From Chrysomallon squamiferum (Eukaryota; Animalia; Mollusca): a DNA stretch of 64,000 nt. The position numbers and the translations under genes were made by a program. The notes beneath the pieces were generated by a model. The model did no database searches, was not told where the DNA came from, and saw only the letters and a list, made by a program, of their open reading frames with translations. Positions 13,001 to 27,400 of the stretch are shown one piece after another. The stretch covers positions 39,246,001-39,310,000 of the forward strand of contig CM022670.1 in NCBI GenBank assembly GCA_012295275.1, written 5' to 3'. Position 1 is the stretch's first letter; the number at the start of each line of letters is the position of its first letter.

Positions 13001-15927
13001 AACATCAGTTATATAATGTTACATTAATACACATAAACATCAGTTAAATAAGGTTACATTAATACAATATCAATAAAGTAACTATAACAATAATAAATTT
13101 AAGATCTATTAAATAAGTGTTTCATTAATACCCAGGTTAGGTAACAGTAATAAATTTTAAAAAGTGTTTCATTAACACACTTAAACCCAGATTAGTTTCT
13201 TATATTTAAATTCATTTTAGAAATTGACAGACAGAACTTATTCGTAACTTCTATTCTATTAAAGATGATGCATTCTTTAAATCCACCACAAAAAACGTGA
13301 ATATTCGAACATAATTTTGTACTTTATTTATTTTTATTTTGTTTTAATTACTTTTTTTTTAACAATTATTTAAAAGAATAAAGCAAATATAATGTTATAT
13401 ATTGGTATTTTTTATTTTATGTTACCAAGCTATTTACCTGTGGTATTATACTGTTGATGCTCTGAGGAGGACCAGTGCCCGGTATCTGTATAGGAATCTG
13501 TGGCTGTTGACCTTCACCTTCCTTGGACGGTGCAGTTACGTCTGAACTTGGATGAGCACTTTCTGACTGTGTGGATGCCGGTGTTTCTGGTGTGGAAGTT
13601 TTCTCAGCAGGTTCCCCTCCCCCACTGCCACTGTTCCCAGTTTCACTAAGCTGGACTGGAGGAGCCTGCAGTGAAACAGGAATATTCACTGCAGTTATAG
13701 CTGCCACGTTAGGAGGGGGTGCTAAAAAAAAAAAAAAAAAAGAGAAATCTGATTGAAAAACTTCATCAACAAAATTTGAATGCCTTTATGGAAAGAAAGT
13801 TTATATAAATAAAATGAATTAGGATATAGTATTTTTTATTAACCACTGAACTACCTCCGTTATAATAATTTTATTAAGTGATTTAAAGTATGTGGAGCAA
13901 TACAGCTTATTTTTATGTAATTTTTATTAAAGTACTTCATGATGATGTTGATATTATTTGATTTTAATTGTGTTCATTAATAATGGATGTTTTAACCTTT
14001 TGTTACCAACCAAGTTGTTATATATCTTTAAGGCACTGGGATAATATTTGATACTAATTATATAAGCTAATAATGGTCACAGTTGATATTTTGTTATCAT
14101 CCAAGTTAATTTACTTCTTGATAATGATTACTTTTATTTGATATTAATTATAGACATTAATAATTGACAAAATTAACATTTTATTACCAGCAAGTTACAT
14201 GACGATATTATTTAATACTAATTATATATAATACCACTTATTACCAGTTCAGTTACTTTTGCTTGAAGACATTTCAGTATTACATCATATTACTTACACA
14301 TTAATAATAAACACAATTTGAATATTTTATTATTAACAGAGTTATTGACTGGAAAATGACGAGATATTTTTATTACATGCTGTTAATAATCAACACAGTT
14401 AACAGATGCGTGAACGTGCATGTCAGAAAATGAAAGAAATATATATGTTTGTTTGGTTTAGAAATTAATCTACCTCCCACTGGAACAATGGCACCAGTAG
14501 CAGGTGGTGGTAGTGCTCTTTGTTTAGCCATCAGTATCTGCAGCTGAGACTGCATCTGGGCTATGGGGTTGTTGAGGTGAGCGCAGAAGTCCTGATGTTG
14601 TTTTTCCAAACTGGCGTACTGGCTTTGAATTTGTTTGGTTATTGCTGTGACAATGCTGCCATATTCTGTAATGAGACTAGCCTATAGGGGGAGGTAAAAA
14701 AAAAAAAAAAAAAAAATTAAACATTTTGATAAATCTCATCAAATGAAACATAATTATTGTGAAATAAATATTCAGTTCAGACTGATGATTATTATGTTAA
14801 GTGAAAGAAAATGGTCGTGACTGGAATTTGAAATATGTAGGTAAATTGGTGTTTTAAAATGTTTATGTTATGTAAATTTCTCTGGTAACAACTAGTATTT
14901 GAATTATATATGTATAGTAATATGTAACCTAAGTATTTAAAATAACTCTGAATTCAGTCATGTATTTAGTGTAGTTATAATTCATATCCCTTTCATAAAC
15001 ACTGACATTGTCACAAATGATTAAATCATTAAGCTTTATTATCACTGTTGTTTTTAATTTTTCAAAATTATAACGATGTCAGTACCAAAAATAAAATATG
15101 AGCAAAACATTAGCAGAAAATGACTTTATACTATGAAGTCTCAGCAATGAGCAATATGCATGACTACTTTGTTTGTTTTTTTTAATTTTTTTTTATTGAA
15201 AAATTAAAATGTATTCTTAATTCAATAAAAGCAGGTTGATCTTATAAGATATTCAAAAATGTTCATCTTCAGCAAACTCTCAATGTTAACCAATTAAACC
15301 AGTTAACCAAAAGCGTTTATTCTACTAAAAATTAAACGAAAACATAATGAAATGTATAAAGATTAAAATGATTAAGAATAAAATTTGTGCTTTTTTATTT
15401 ATAATGTCCCTTTGCTCTGTTTTAACGAGTTTTATGTTTTGCTCAGAAGGTTTCATCCAAACGGTTTACAACCACTTAAACTGTATTTTAATTATTCACA
15501 GAGTACAAGATGATCCAGTGACAAGATGCAATAATCATTCATTCTACAAGTGTGCATGCATTTGCTGTACTGGATGTACATCATGGAGTCATGTTCCATC
15601 TCATTTGGAGAAACATTACAGCAAACACAAATGAATAATACTCACTTGATATGTAGCCATTGAAGCAGCAGGATCTTTTAGTTGCTAGAAGTAAACCAAA
15701 ATAATTTTTATTGTTAGTTAAAGAAAATCCAAAATGCAGATTCCAAAGTATCTAGTAACTTTTAAACAGTTTTATCAGAACAAAAGATTCTGACAGTTTA
15801 TTGTTTGAGCTTCTGTCTAACAAAGCTGCATTTGGTAACATTTTAAAGCTGAAATGTTTTTTTAATACAAACACATCTGATTTGAGTAACTTAAAAGTAT
15901 AGATATTTTAAAAATACAACTCCTTAG

Positions 15928-15991
<64 letters not shown>

Positions 15992-18900
15992 ATAAAATCA
16001 TAATTACATTCACTAATATTAAAAAGTGTCATGTAACTTGCTTTTTAAAAAATCTATTAAACAGTAGTGAATTTTTAATTCATTCATAAACACTAACACT
16101 TTATGACCTCACCTAAGTATTCAATAAAACTTTGTACTTAATAGAAAGGGATAAAAAAAAAAAAAAAAAATGTCCCAGAAACCATTAATAATTTTTAAAA
16201 TGAGAGTAAGTAATCGTAATAACAAATAATAATAATAATAATAATAATAAAAGCACAAATCCCACAAAAGCCCACCAAAAAAAAACAACCCAAACAAAAC
16301 CAAAAAAATGCCCTCAACAACTATAAATTAAATAACAAAACATAACTAAAAATAAATAAATAATTAATCTATATTATTAATCTTTATTGTTTACAATTTC
16401 CTTATGTTACACATCAAACAATATTGGCTAATGTTTTTAAAATGCAAATTTTTTGTGAGAATTTAATTTTAATATCCAGCAATTATTAAACAATGATTAT
16501 TAAACATTCAGGATTTGCAAAAAAATGACATATGTTACCAAAGAAACCAGTTTTAAAGAGAAAAATATGTTAATTGAAACTGTAACTAAAACAAATATTA
16601 AAATAAATTTTGAGCCTGAATTTTAAATCTGAAAACTTCATTGATGAAACAGAACAATAATTGAATTTAATTAATTTGTTTATTTTATATATTATAATAA
16701 AAAATGTTAATTACTAAATCAAAATTAAACAGTAAAATTAAATCAAACAACTAATATCTTTTATTCCCTTGGGAAATGCCAAGAAGAAAATAAAACAATA
16801 ATAATAATAACAAATAATAAATAATCAATGCTGAAAGGTTAAATTTCTTGCAAACAAACAGGTCAAAACAAATATTCATATGAAACAGTCTCACCTGCAG
16901 TTTCTACAATCAGTAAAAACACAAAAATTAAATAAGAGAAGCAAAAAAAAAACATTAAAAAATGTATAAAATAAAAATAAAGTTAAATGAACACTTAACA
17001 ATATAAATTTTTTATTTGAAAACTAAAAAAAAACCCACTGAAACTAATAGTATTTTTTAAAATAACTAAAACTGATCAATTAAAATTAGAAATGACGTCT
17101 ATCTTGTAATACTTAACAGTTAATAATAAATGCACTTTTTTTTCTTCTTTTTTTTTTTTTCAGACTTTTTTCTATTAAGTTAATACTGAATGAAAATTTT
17201 AACCTTTATGTTCAAGCACATTATATATGCTTATACTTTTGAAATCTATATTGTGGTTTTTTTTGTGGGCATTTTTTTTTTAAAAGGTAAATTAAAATAT
17301 TTATTAAATTCAGAACATATGATAAACAGTAAAGATACTACTTTGTCTTAAATACAAAACTGGTGATTACAAATAACTGTAACTATAGTTTTCACTAAGT
17401 CAAATAAGTGTACGTTTCTATTACCGAAATTTCTAAGATTTAATAAATTAAAAAAAATCATAGACAACTGCAAAATAAATCATTTCTAAAGCCAGCTGTG
17501 TCTTAAGTGATTACCAACATAACAAACATGATGTATTTTAGCTCAATGACCGTGAAAATTTTAAAGAGTAAACCCAGTATTTTATATGTAAATTAAACAC
17601 ACTTACTGAAATAGTTTCAGTATCAAAGTAATTATTCTTCTCCCATAACGTCAGTAGCTGCAAATAAAAAAATATTAATTCTTTCATGAAATTCCAATCT
17701 GATAATAATGCATAATAAAAGGAGCTTTTTTTTTTTTTTTTTTTGTTTGTTTGTTTGTTTTTGGTTCTTGTTTGTTGTTTATTTTTTTTATAAGAAATCA
17801 CATTTTGAGAGTGAGTATACCATTTTAACATTTTCTGTTAGTTTTTTTAGTGGATTTTTTTGAAAAAAAAAAAAAAAACATTACAATAATTAATTTTGAC
17901 AGACAATGAATTAACATGTCCTTTTTAACATTATTATACATATTAGATATCAAAAAATCATGAAACAATTTTAATATTTCATCACTGATATATTTTATGA
18001 AAATAACATAAAAATTAAATTGATAATAAATTAAACTGAGAAACATTCCTGAAATCGGAGTTCACCTTATTCAGTTTTTGTTTAGATTCTTCATCAACAC
18101 CCAAACTGGATTTACAAAACGCTGGCACAACCATCTTATCCAAAGCAGTCTTCAAACCATCAATGCTTTTTCGCTGACTAATTATTTAAAAAGAAAAATA
18201 GGAAGGCATCAAAGAAAATAATTAATTTAAATAGTGAATTGATGCAGTTTAAACAATAAAAAGACTTTTCTGAATTCTAGGAGTTAAAATATTTTTGATT
18301 CAAAAATTGTTGGTCTGGCAAAATGCACAGAGGAAGATAAACACTGAAATGAATTAGGTCAGTTTAAAAACCTTTAATATCACAAAGATAAAATTAAAAA
18401 AGAAAAAGGAAAAACAAAAATCTCACCAATGGTGTAACAGATCATTTGTAAGGTATATTAAATGCAGTCTTGTCTGGAATGGAGCATCCTTGCTACAGAT
18501 TCTAAAATAAAAAATATTTATGAAAAATAATTAATACGATACTTGTACTTTAAAAAAAATAATAATAATAAATAATAATAATAATAATGATAAAAAAAAA
18601 AAGTTTACAAAGTCTGTAATGAAATGAAAGACTATCACTATATTTTTTTCAACCAATTTATTGTATATAACTCATACACTTTGTTTAAGAGACAAACTAA
18701 CGTCTAATTATTTCAGCCAAATACTAGAGCCTAGCTGTGTCAAAGTCATTAAAATACTTTTTTTTATTTTTACTCTTTTAGAATCTGTTCCTTTCATTAA
18801 TAGCTGTAAAATAATATTCTGGTGAATGTGGAGCCATGTTATGGCATTTTAACATTTTTATTTATTTATTCTCAAATTTGAATGTAGTTTTTTCATGGGG

Positions 18901-21900
18901 AATTAATAGGTCTAAAATGATGGTGATGCAGATTTTATGGAACCTTAATGGTGTGTGTAACTGCACTGAAATCTGAGAGGTGTCAGTGTTTTAGGTAATA
19001 AACTGACATGCAATGACTTATTATCAGTAATCTTTAAAATGCCATTGTTGTGTTCAAACTCAACCACAGTGGGTCATGAAAGTACCTATTAAATCATTTA
19101 GCGTGTTTTTTCCCTTAATTTTATGTTTATGTTTCTTAACTAATTTTATTGTATAGAAACAGATTACAAAATCTCAAACCTACAAATTGATTATTTGCAT
19201 GTGTATGTGTATTTATATACAATAACAAACTGCTATAAACTGTTATTTGATAAACTGTGTTAATTTATTTTTTTCTTGTGAAATAACAAGCATGTCTTGA
19301 TAAAAAAATAATAATAAAAAAACACATTACAAAACATCTTTAAATTAAAAAAAAAACAGTGATGTATGCTTTAATATCTATCATAACACAAGAAACTTAC
19401 TGTCATTTGAACATAATTCTACAAGTAATTTTTAAAATATTTATAGGTATATTAATTTCAAAATACATTAAAATTCATTGCATATCACTTACATCAGAGG
19501 CAAAATGATTAATACTGACCCAGCAGTGAGGGTCAAACTGGGATCAATAAACACCAATTTCGGTTTAGGTAATTGGTGCATCATTGTAAGAAACTTAAGA
19601 TTAATAATATAAATCATTTAATTTTGTTTTTAAAAAAAAAAAAAAAAAAAAAAATGTTTTTTAGTTATCTAACTTTATTTACTTTTAAGCAGAGACATTT
19701 GTTATTAATAATATTTTTGAGAGATAAAGATTCCATGATGTGGCTGATGGTCTAAAATTATTAGCTGACACCAGAGTTATAATCATACAGTTCTCAGATA
19801 ACAATTCATAACATATTTCTTTACAGAAACATTAAAATCAGTTTTAAATATTATGTTTGTATTTTAATACTGTATATGACTCTTACCTTTTCAACAAATA
19901 CTGGGTGATGAGGTTGCAGTGATCTGAAGAAACACAGTGTGCTAAAATCCAGTTCTTACCATGCTTTAAAAAAAACAAAAAAAAACAGTGATAATAAATA
20001 CATATTATTATGATTATATCATCTAGTAGTCCCAAGTTATATTATATTTGTGTGTGCATGTGTGTGTGTGTGTGTGTGTGTATGTGGTTTAAGATTAAAA
20101 AAAAAATTAGTTTTTTGTTTTTTTTGTGGAGGACATAGTTGTCTTCCTCTAGAAAATCTCTTCCAAAATCTCAATAAAACCAAATATAAATTGTAAATGA
20201 AAAAAAAAAATAATAATAATAATGAAGAAAAGAAAAGAAAAAAAGAAAAGAAAAAAAGAAAGAAAGAAATACAGTACTTGTTCCAAATGTGAAGGAATAT
20301 TTTTGTATTAACTGTAAATAATTTCTTTTACTGTATATTACTGAATCAAACAATCATTTATAGGAAACTTGAAGACAAATTAATATACATGTATTTTTTT
20401 TTCTTCATTGTTTTTGTTTTCCAATTAAAAATAAAGGGTTTTTTTAGACGGACAGCACAAATTAAAAAATCTATTACAAAATCATCAGCATTCATTTCGG
20501 TTGTGATATTTCACAAAATTATGATCTTTAGCCACTGTAACTGTGAGATTCAGTGTAATACATTAAACATTTGTCGTTTTTCTTGTACATGTTTTTATTA
20601 TTCAAACTAACTGGCAATTTTACACAGATTTTCTATTGACGCCTTTAAAGATTTTATTTTAAGAAAAATTACTTTTAGCTAATCTCTACAACAAAGATTT
20701 GACTATGGGATTATGCACACTCCATACAAACTAATTAATGAGAATGTTTTATTTCAAGGACTGCCACATATTCGTGCCCTGTTGTACCTAAGCTTTCATC
20801 AAATCATCTGTTTTTTTAATATATAATTACTAAGCTTCATATATAGATATTACAACTGGAATGAATGCTGATAATATTTTTTGATTTTCATGTGCATCAT
20901 TTCATAAAAATCATAAAACTACAAATTTTTCTCAAACAGAAAAAAAAATAAAAATAATAAAAAAGATTTACATTAATTTGTCTTTTTTCCCTTTTGTCTA
21001 ACAACTAAGTGAACCAATGATGAACAGTAAACTACATCACTTTTCAAGCTGATATGAAATTATTTCTGTTAAATGTTCATTCAAAAGCTCACCATGATAG
21101 AGTCTTTTGTGCATGAGTCTATTATAGGTTGTACCATTTTATCTAGTTCATCCATTGACACTTCACAGTCTCTGCTCAAAGCAGCCAGTTTGTTGTCCCG
21201 TTCTTTAACAATAGCATCTTCTATCTGAACCTGGAATTGATCATATATATATATATATATAAAAAAATTTTTTCTCTCAATGTTGGTATTAAAAAACTAA
21301 CATGTATAATAAATTGTAGAACATACTATAAAGCAAAATAAAAGGTATTTTATGAATAGGAGAATATTTTCTTCTTATTACATTCTTTAAGTCAGTTAAA
21401 AAAAAAATAATGATAACAATAGAAAAAAAAAAAAAAAACTGCATAAGTGATGCAATGTGACCAGCACAGAAACAAATAAAAAGATTTAAAAAGTTAACAA
21501 ACTTCTGGGGTGCTGGATTTGGGTTGACTTTATTACTAATAGATTACAGACTGCTGAATATATATCTTTAAATTATGCTGTTTGGCCTTTTCTTTGAAAG
21601 ATTAGAATCAGTTTCATTGAATTTCTGTATTACAATATCTTTCTATCTTTGGGGGTTTCTTTGAAATAACAGATCTGTAAGGAAAGATCACGTAGCATCA
21701 TTAATGTACATAAATCCCTAACACCCCCTCCTCCCAGCAGCATGTTGAAAATAACAATAATATTAATGTCCCCTGTCCTCTGTTTTTCAGGCTGTACCTG
21801 CTGTTGCTGGGTGAGGCTCTGGTACTGAGCAGCCAAATTGGAATCACTCTGCTTGATCTGCTCAGCAACAGTGGCTTGCTGCTGGGCTATCTGCTGCTGT

Positions 21901-24433
21901 AGTGCTGTTATCTGCTGTTGGAGTGCAGTGGTCTGTTGCTGCTGCTGCAGAGCAAGGCTCTGCTGTTCTATGATTTTGTTCTGTTGCCATGGCGCTGTCT
22001 GGATGGCCTGCTGAGTAATAACTTGCTGTACAATGGCCTGCTGCTGAGCAAGTTTCTGGTTCTGCTGCTGGATTCCTGAACAAGACAACAACCAAATTTA
22101 AAAACAACGAAGTGAAGTTTCTTAATCAGTAGTTATATATATGACAAACTCATATTCAAAACCATAATGATTTTGAACAAATTTGTCTTGAGGGTAAATG
22201 TACAAATGTACAATAATATCTTTCATGTTTAATAGATATCTTATATATATACAACTGATCTACATTTTGCTGACTGATGGAAAATGGCCATTTATAAAAC
22301 TATAATGCATTCTATTAACTGATACATATAAGCTGACTATAAATTTACTCATTTAAAAAAAAAAAAAATTAAAAATGTTTAAAAATTTTATCTATTACGC
22401 TGTCTTCACATTATAATACAATATCAAATAATGTATGCACTAAATATTTATAACAACAATATTGGAAAAAAGACAAATTTTAAAGCATATTTATTATTTT
22501 TATTAATACTATAATCTTGTGTATCTATCTGTCTATCTATTATATAGTGCTGTGTGCGCACACACACACACACACATTTAGTTCAAAACATCTTGGTGCC
22601 TTTTGATGTAGCATTATGGACTGTTTAGAAGTGAATAACCCATTAAGATGGACTGCAGGACATCTAATTAAGGAGTATGTTCAGTGATGGTCATGTGTGT
22701 ACATGAAAGCAGCATGTCAGCAATATACATCTTTTCACTTGTCAGCACCTATAACTAGAGTCTGAAGATGTGAGAGGCCTTAAACAGGAGAACTGAATTT
22801 AAAATATCTTTTACTAATTTTTTTTTTTTTTTAATAATAATGTTTATAAGACATGATGTGTATCTTATTAATCCACTAATGCTCTTTCACAACACTGCTT
22901 TAGAAATTTTCTTCCAAAAGGTGTACAAAGAGGTAAATTTACAGTGACACAGAATTCCAAATTTACGGTGATTCAGACATATTTATAAATCCTTATGCAT
23001 AAATGTAAGTGGCAGTTATAGTAGCAGTAACCGTACTAGTTGTAGTAGTGGTGGTTATAGCAATAGTAATGGCAGGACTAAGAAGATGATATTGTAATTA
23101 CCTTCAGTGTGACATAGATTAATCAGTATCCTCAGGTGCAATGGAAAAACATCAAATTCCTTTGAACTCAATGCCAACAGAGTCTTGTTATAAATGCACG
23201 CATTTAACCCTTATTATTTTATTTAATATAGTGGCAAAACAGCCAATAATATATCGTATGTCAGTTTTTCCCATCATGTGCATAAACAATGCATATTATA
23301 AAACAACTAACTTTTCATAATGCCTACCCCTTATCTGTATGAAAATGTAATTTTTTTTTTTTTCACTAGCTTGTTCTGATGAAACTTTATACTGGTAATA
23401 ATTGTAATATTCTCCACCAAACAAGAAAGAAAATTTGGGGTTGTCTTTCTGTTTGGTTTTGGTCATCTGTTCAAATTCAGGTCCATTGCGGGCCACAAAG
23501 TTAGCCAGCTTGTCTATGATGTTCACCAGTTCTGCATCTGTAAAAAAGAGTTTAACATGAGGAATATATAACAACTCTGCAACCAAAGGAAGAAAATGTT
23601 AAATATCATTTAACCAACTTAACACAAACTAATATTTAATTTAAGAACATGTAAAGTAGATTTTAACATGAGGAATATATAACAACTCTGCAACCAAAGG
23701 AAGAAAATGTTAAATATCATTTAACCAACTTAACACAAACTAATATTTAATTTAAGAACATGTAAAGTAGATTTTAACATGAGGAATATTTAACAGCTCT
23801 GCAACCAAAGGAAGAAAATGTTAAATATCATTTAACCAACATAACACAAATCTAATATTTAATTTAAGAACACATAAAGTAGATTTTAACATGAGGAATA
23901 TATAATAACTCTGGAATCAAAGGAAGAAAATATTAAATATCATTTAATTAACTTAATACAAACAAGTATTTAACTTACAGAACACAACATTACATACGTG
24001 TTTAATGACCAAACAGAACATGGTAGGAAAGTCACAGTTTTTGGGGTGGTTTTTTTCATTTAGCATCAAGGGGTTTTATATTTGAAGATTAAATTGAAAT
24101 GGCTCAACTTTTATGGTTAGGACAACTGATCCCCAAACCACATTGCCTCAGTTCTAAATCCTAACTATAAAGACATATCCCATCCTTTTATAGTTTAGAT
24201 TTACAAACTGACTTGATTAATGTTAAATATACCCAAAATTATCTTTTCAATTATTATTTTTTAATTTAAATTTTTAAACTTTCAAAATAGCATTGTACAT
24301 GAAAAATGTATTTTTCAAAATTATATACTGTGAAAGCTTTTGATCATGGACCCCCTTCTAAAACAGGATCTGCCCAGTACATTTCATATAATAAAACTTC
24401 TTTGGTTTTTTTTTACTTTTTTAAATATCAGTG

Positions 24434-24493
<60 letters not shown>

Positions 24494-27400
24494 CAAACAA
24501 ACAAACAAAAAGAAATAAAAGAAAAGAAGAAAAAAATAATTAAAAAATAACAATTCATTTGTGTAACTGAAATAAACTAAATTTCTAAACTTCAGAATTA
24601 TGACTCAATCGATCAGTCAATTAGGTGGAATCAGGTGAAATTTCCTTTTTAACGATTTTGCTATCAGATTCATTGTTCTTCTAATACTGTAATGTTTACA
24701 TTCTGTTTCTAATGCATGGGTTTTATTTAGTACATATATGCTGATATGTGTTTGCATACTATATACTTGAGTCATTGTGAAAGGACAGGTGACAAACGAT
24801 ACGATGATCATGGGTGATGTGGTACATTAAAAATGAGCCAATCGCTGAACGGTTGACAGTGTAAGTCGAAATGTGAGTCAGTTCAATATTACTATCCACG
24901 TGGTTAAGTAAGCCACATACTCATCCAGTCATCACAACATCTGTTACCAGCACATTGATATCAGTCACATGCTTACTTCATCTATAAACACCTGGCATTT
25001 TGTACACGAAACCCTGTCAAGTTCAACAACTCTAAATTAAATATCTATTGGTTGGGATGCACTGCCACAAAGCCACTAAACGTGTGCATAAATATATAAT
25101 ATTTATTTATTTATTTATTAAAATTCCATATCCACTATTTTCAGATTTTAATAGTAAACTTTGCAGAATTATGTACTAATTTCCATAAGGATTTATTTTA
25201 TTTTATTAATATTATATATTTTTTTTTTTTTAAATAAAACCTATAATTTAAATCAATAAAAATAAGATATATTTAGGGTTAAGGTTAGCGTAATCAAGTA
25301 AAATAACATTTCTATCAAACAAAATATTTTAAAAAAAAAAAAAAATAAAAAATTACAACCATGTACATTGCCAAAGATTGTTTCTTAAAATAAACAGTAA
25401 AACAAAAACCCCACAAACAATAACAGATCTAACATACACTAATAAATCATGCTGCCATTAACTGTTTCTCAGACAAACACATTTTCTTAGTACATGCACA
25501 TTTGAAAACTAGCTAAAGAAATAAACAAATTTAACATTCTCTTAAGAAATGAATGAAATAGCACTGCGGAACATTTTTTTCGTGTGAGTAAGCTGCTGTA
25601 CCCTTCAACAAGCTGTTCCTCCTTTTATCTAATTCTGAATCACCTGATTCTGTGATTGCTTATGTCATGATCAGATTTATATATAAAATAAAGATAAATA
25701 TTAAATAAACCATTATCATATGCCTGTACAAGGTACGTATTTGTAATTTATTGTCTTTATAAAGTTTATATATTTAATACCAAAAATTTATTATAAAACA
25801 TTTCTGAAGATAAATAGTAAGTACATATCTTCACATTCATTTCTCTGATATCTGGCAGCTATTTTAAATTTCAGTAGTTATAAAAAGTTATAAAAGTTAC
25901 AAAAATAGGATATTCAGCAAATATATTTTTTTTAAATGTATTTGAAGTATTTCTATATTGTATTAATGATCATTTTTAAATTCATAATGTTCTTATTATC
26001 TATTTAATAGCTCAAACAAAACTTTTTATCCTCACGGAAGTATGAATTGAGAAATGACTGTTTAACTTTAGAGAGCGTAACATTTGCTTACAAAAATATA
26101 GTCAAATTTCTACCTTCAAATTTCTAACTCATTACTCAGCCTGTCAGATTATGGCAAAAGGGAGATTAGGATTGTGTCATTCACAGACTTGTTTTACAGA
26201 TGTATTTGTGGGATCAGAATAAATTATGACGGTATTTCAATTCTGCAAAATGATAATTTAATCTGAAAAAATAAAAACAAATAAACAAAAATAAAATAAT
26301 AAAATAATAATAATAAAATAACCCAGACAAATTGATGATCAGTTACTTTAAGAATTTTTTTTTTTATTTTTTTTTTAAAAACCCAACAACTATTAGCAAG
26401 ATTACTATGCCTTTAATCCACACTTGTGTATAAAAAAAATAATTATAAAAAAATTTTTAAAATGTATACTCTAGTGACTATGTTTACTTTTGTTTGTTAT
26501 AATCTTTTCCAACTTTGCTCAATTTATTCATCTATAATATTAATGAATATAAATAAGAAACTGACTAAAAAATAATAGTTTTGTAAAATAAAGTTATGAA
26601 TTACTTTCAAAATTATCTACTTTTTTTTTTACTAATGAAATTATCAAATTATAAGCCTACTCTGCTAAAGTGGGGGGGGGATTTTGCTTTATTATTAAAT
26701 AAAAACTTCTAGAAGCATTAACCAGTAATTTCCATAAATATCCACAAATTAAATCATAATTCATAATTAAATTAAAATTATCAATTTAAGTAAAATAATT
26801 TTTTCTCACACACACACACACACACACAAAAAAAAAAAACAGATTGTACAAGCAATGATTATTTAACCCATTATTGATAATAATACACATACTGACAGTG
26901 GTATAGCATTTTACTTATTTCTGGAAAAAGAGCTTCTGAGAATCCAGTTTTACACTTTTATATTAATATTGTTTAAAATACTGAAAAGCTAATTTCTAGA
27001 AAGTAAATCACTAAATGATTAAATTCTGAAAGCAGTCTTCAAGGAGAACTACTTAAGTTGGCTACTTTGATACTTACTACTGCAACTAGAAGATTCTAGA
27101 TTTTGAAATATTTACACAGTATCGTATGTTAGGATTGTATCATTAACAAATTAATTGTATACTATTATGTATACGACAAAAGACTTAATTAAGTGTGCTA
27201 ATGCAACAGGTAGCCCAGTTGTTGTGAATCATTCTTACTTACCTTGAAGAAGAATATATGCAAGAAATATATGGTATGATGGTTCTAAACCTATCAAAAA
27301 CTCTATTTTCAGATACAATTCATGCAAACTAACACTAGTTTTATGAAATGTTAGATCTGTATAATGAAGGCACAGATGTAATTAACACTAATTAATGCTA

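Noticed and set aside
12462-13066. Regular ~35-bp repeat superficially like a CRISPR array
   Set aside because: Units are head-to-tail with no unique spacers, there are no cas genes, and it lies in a eukaryotic intron.
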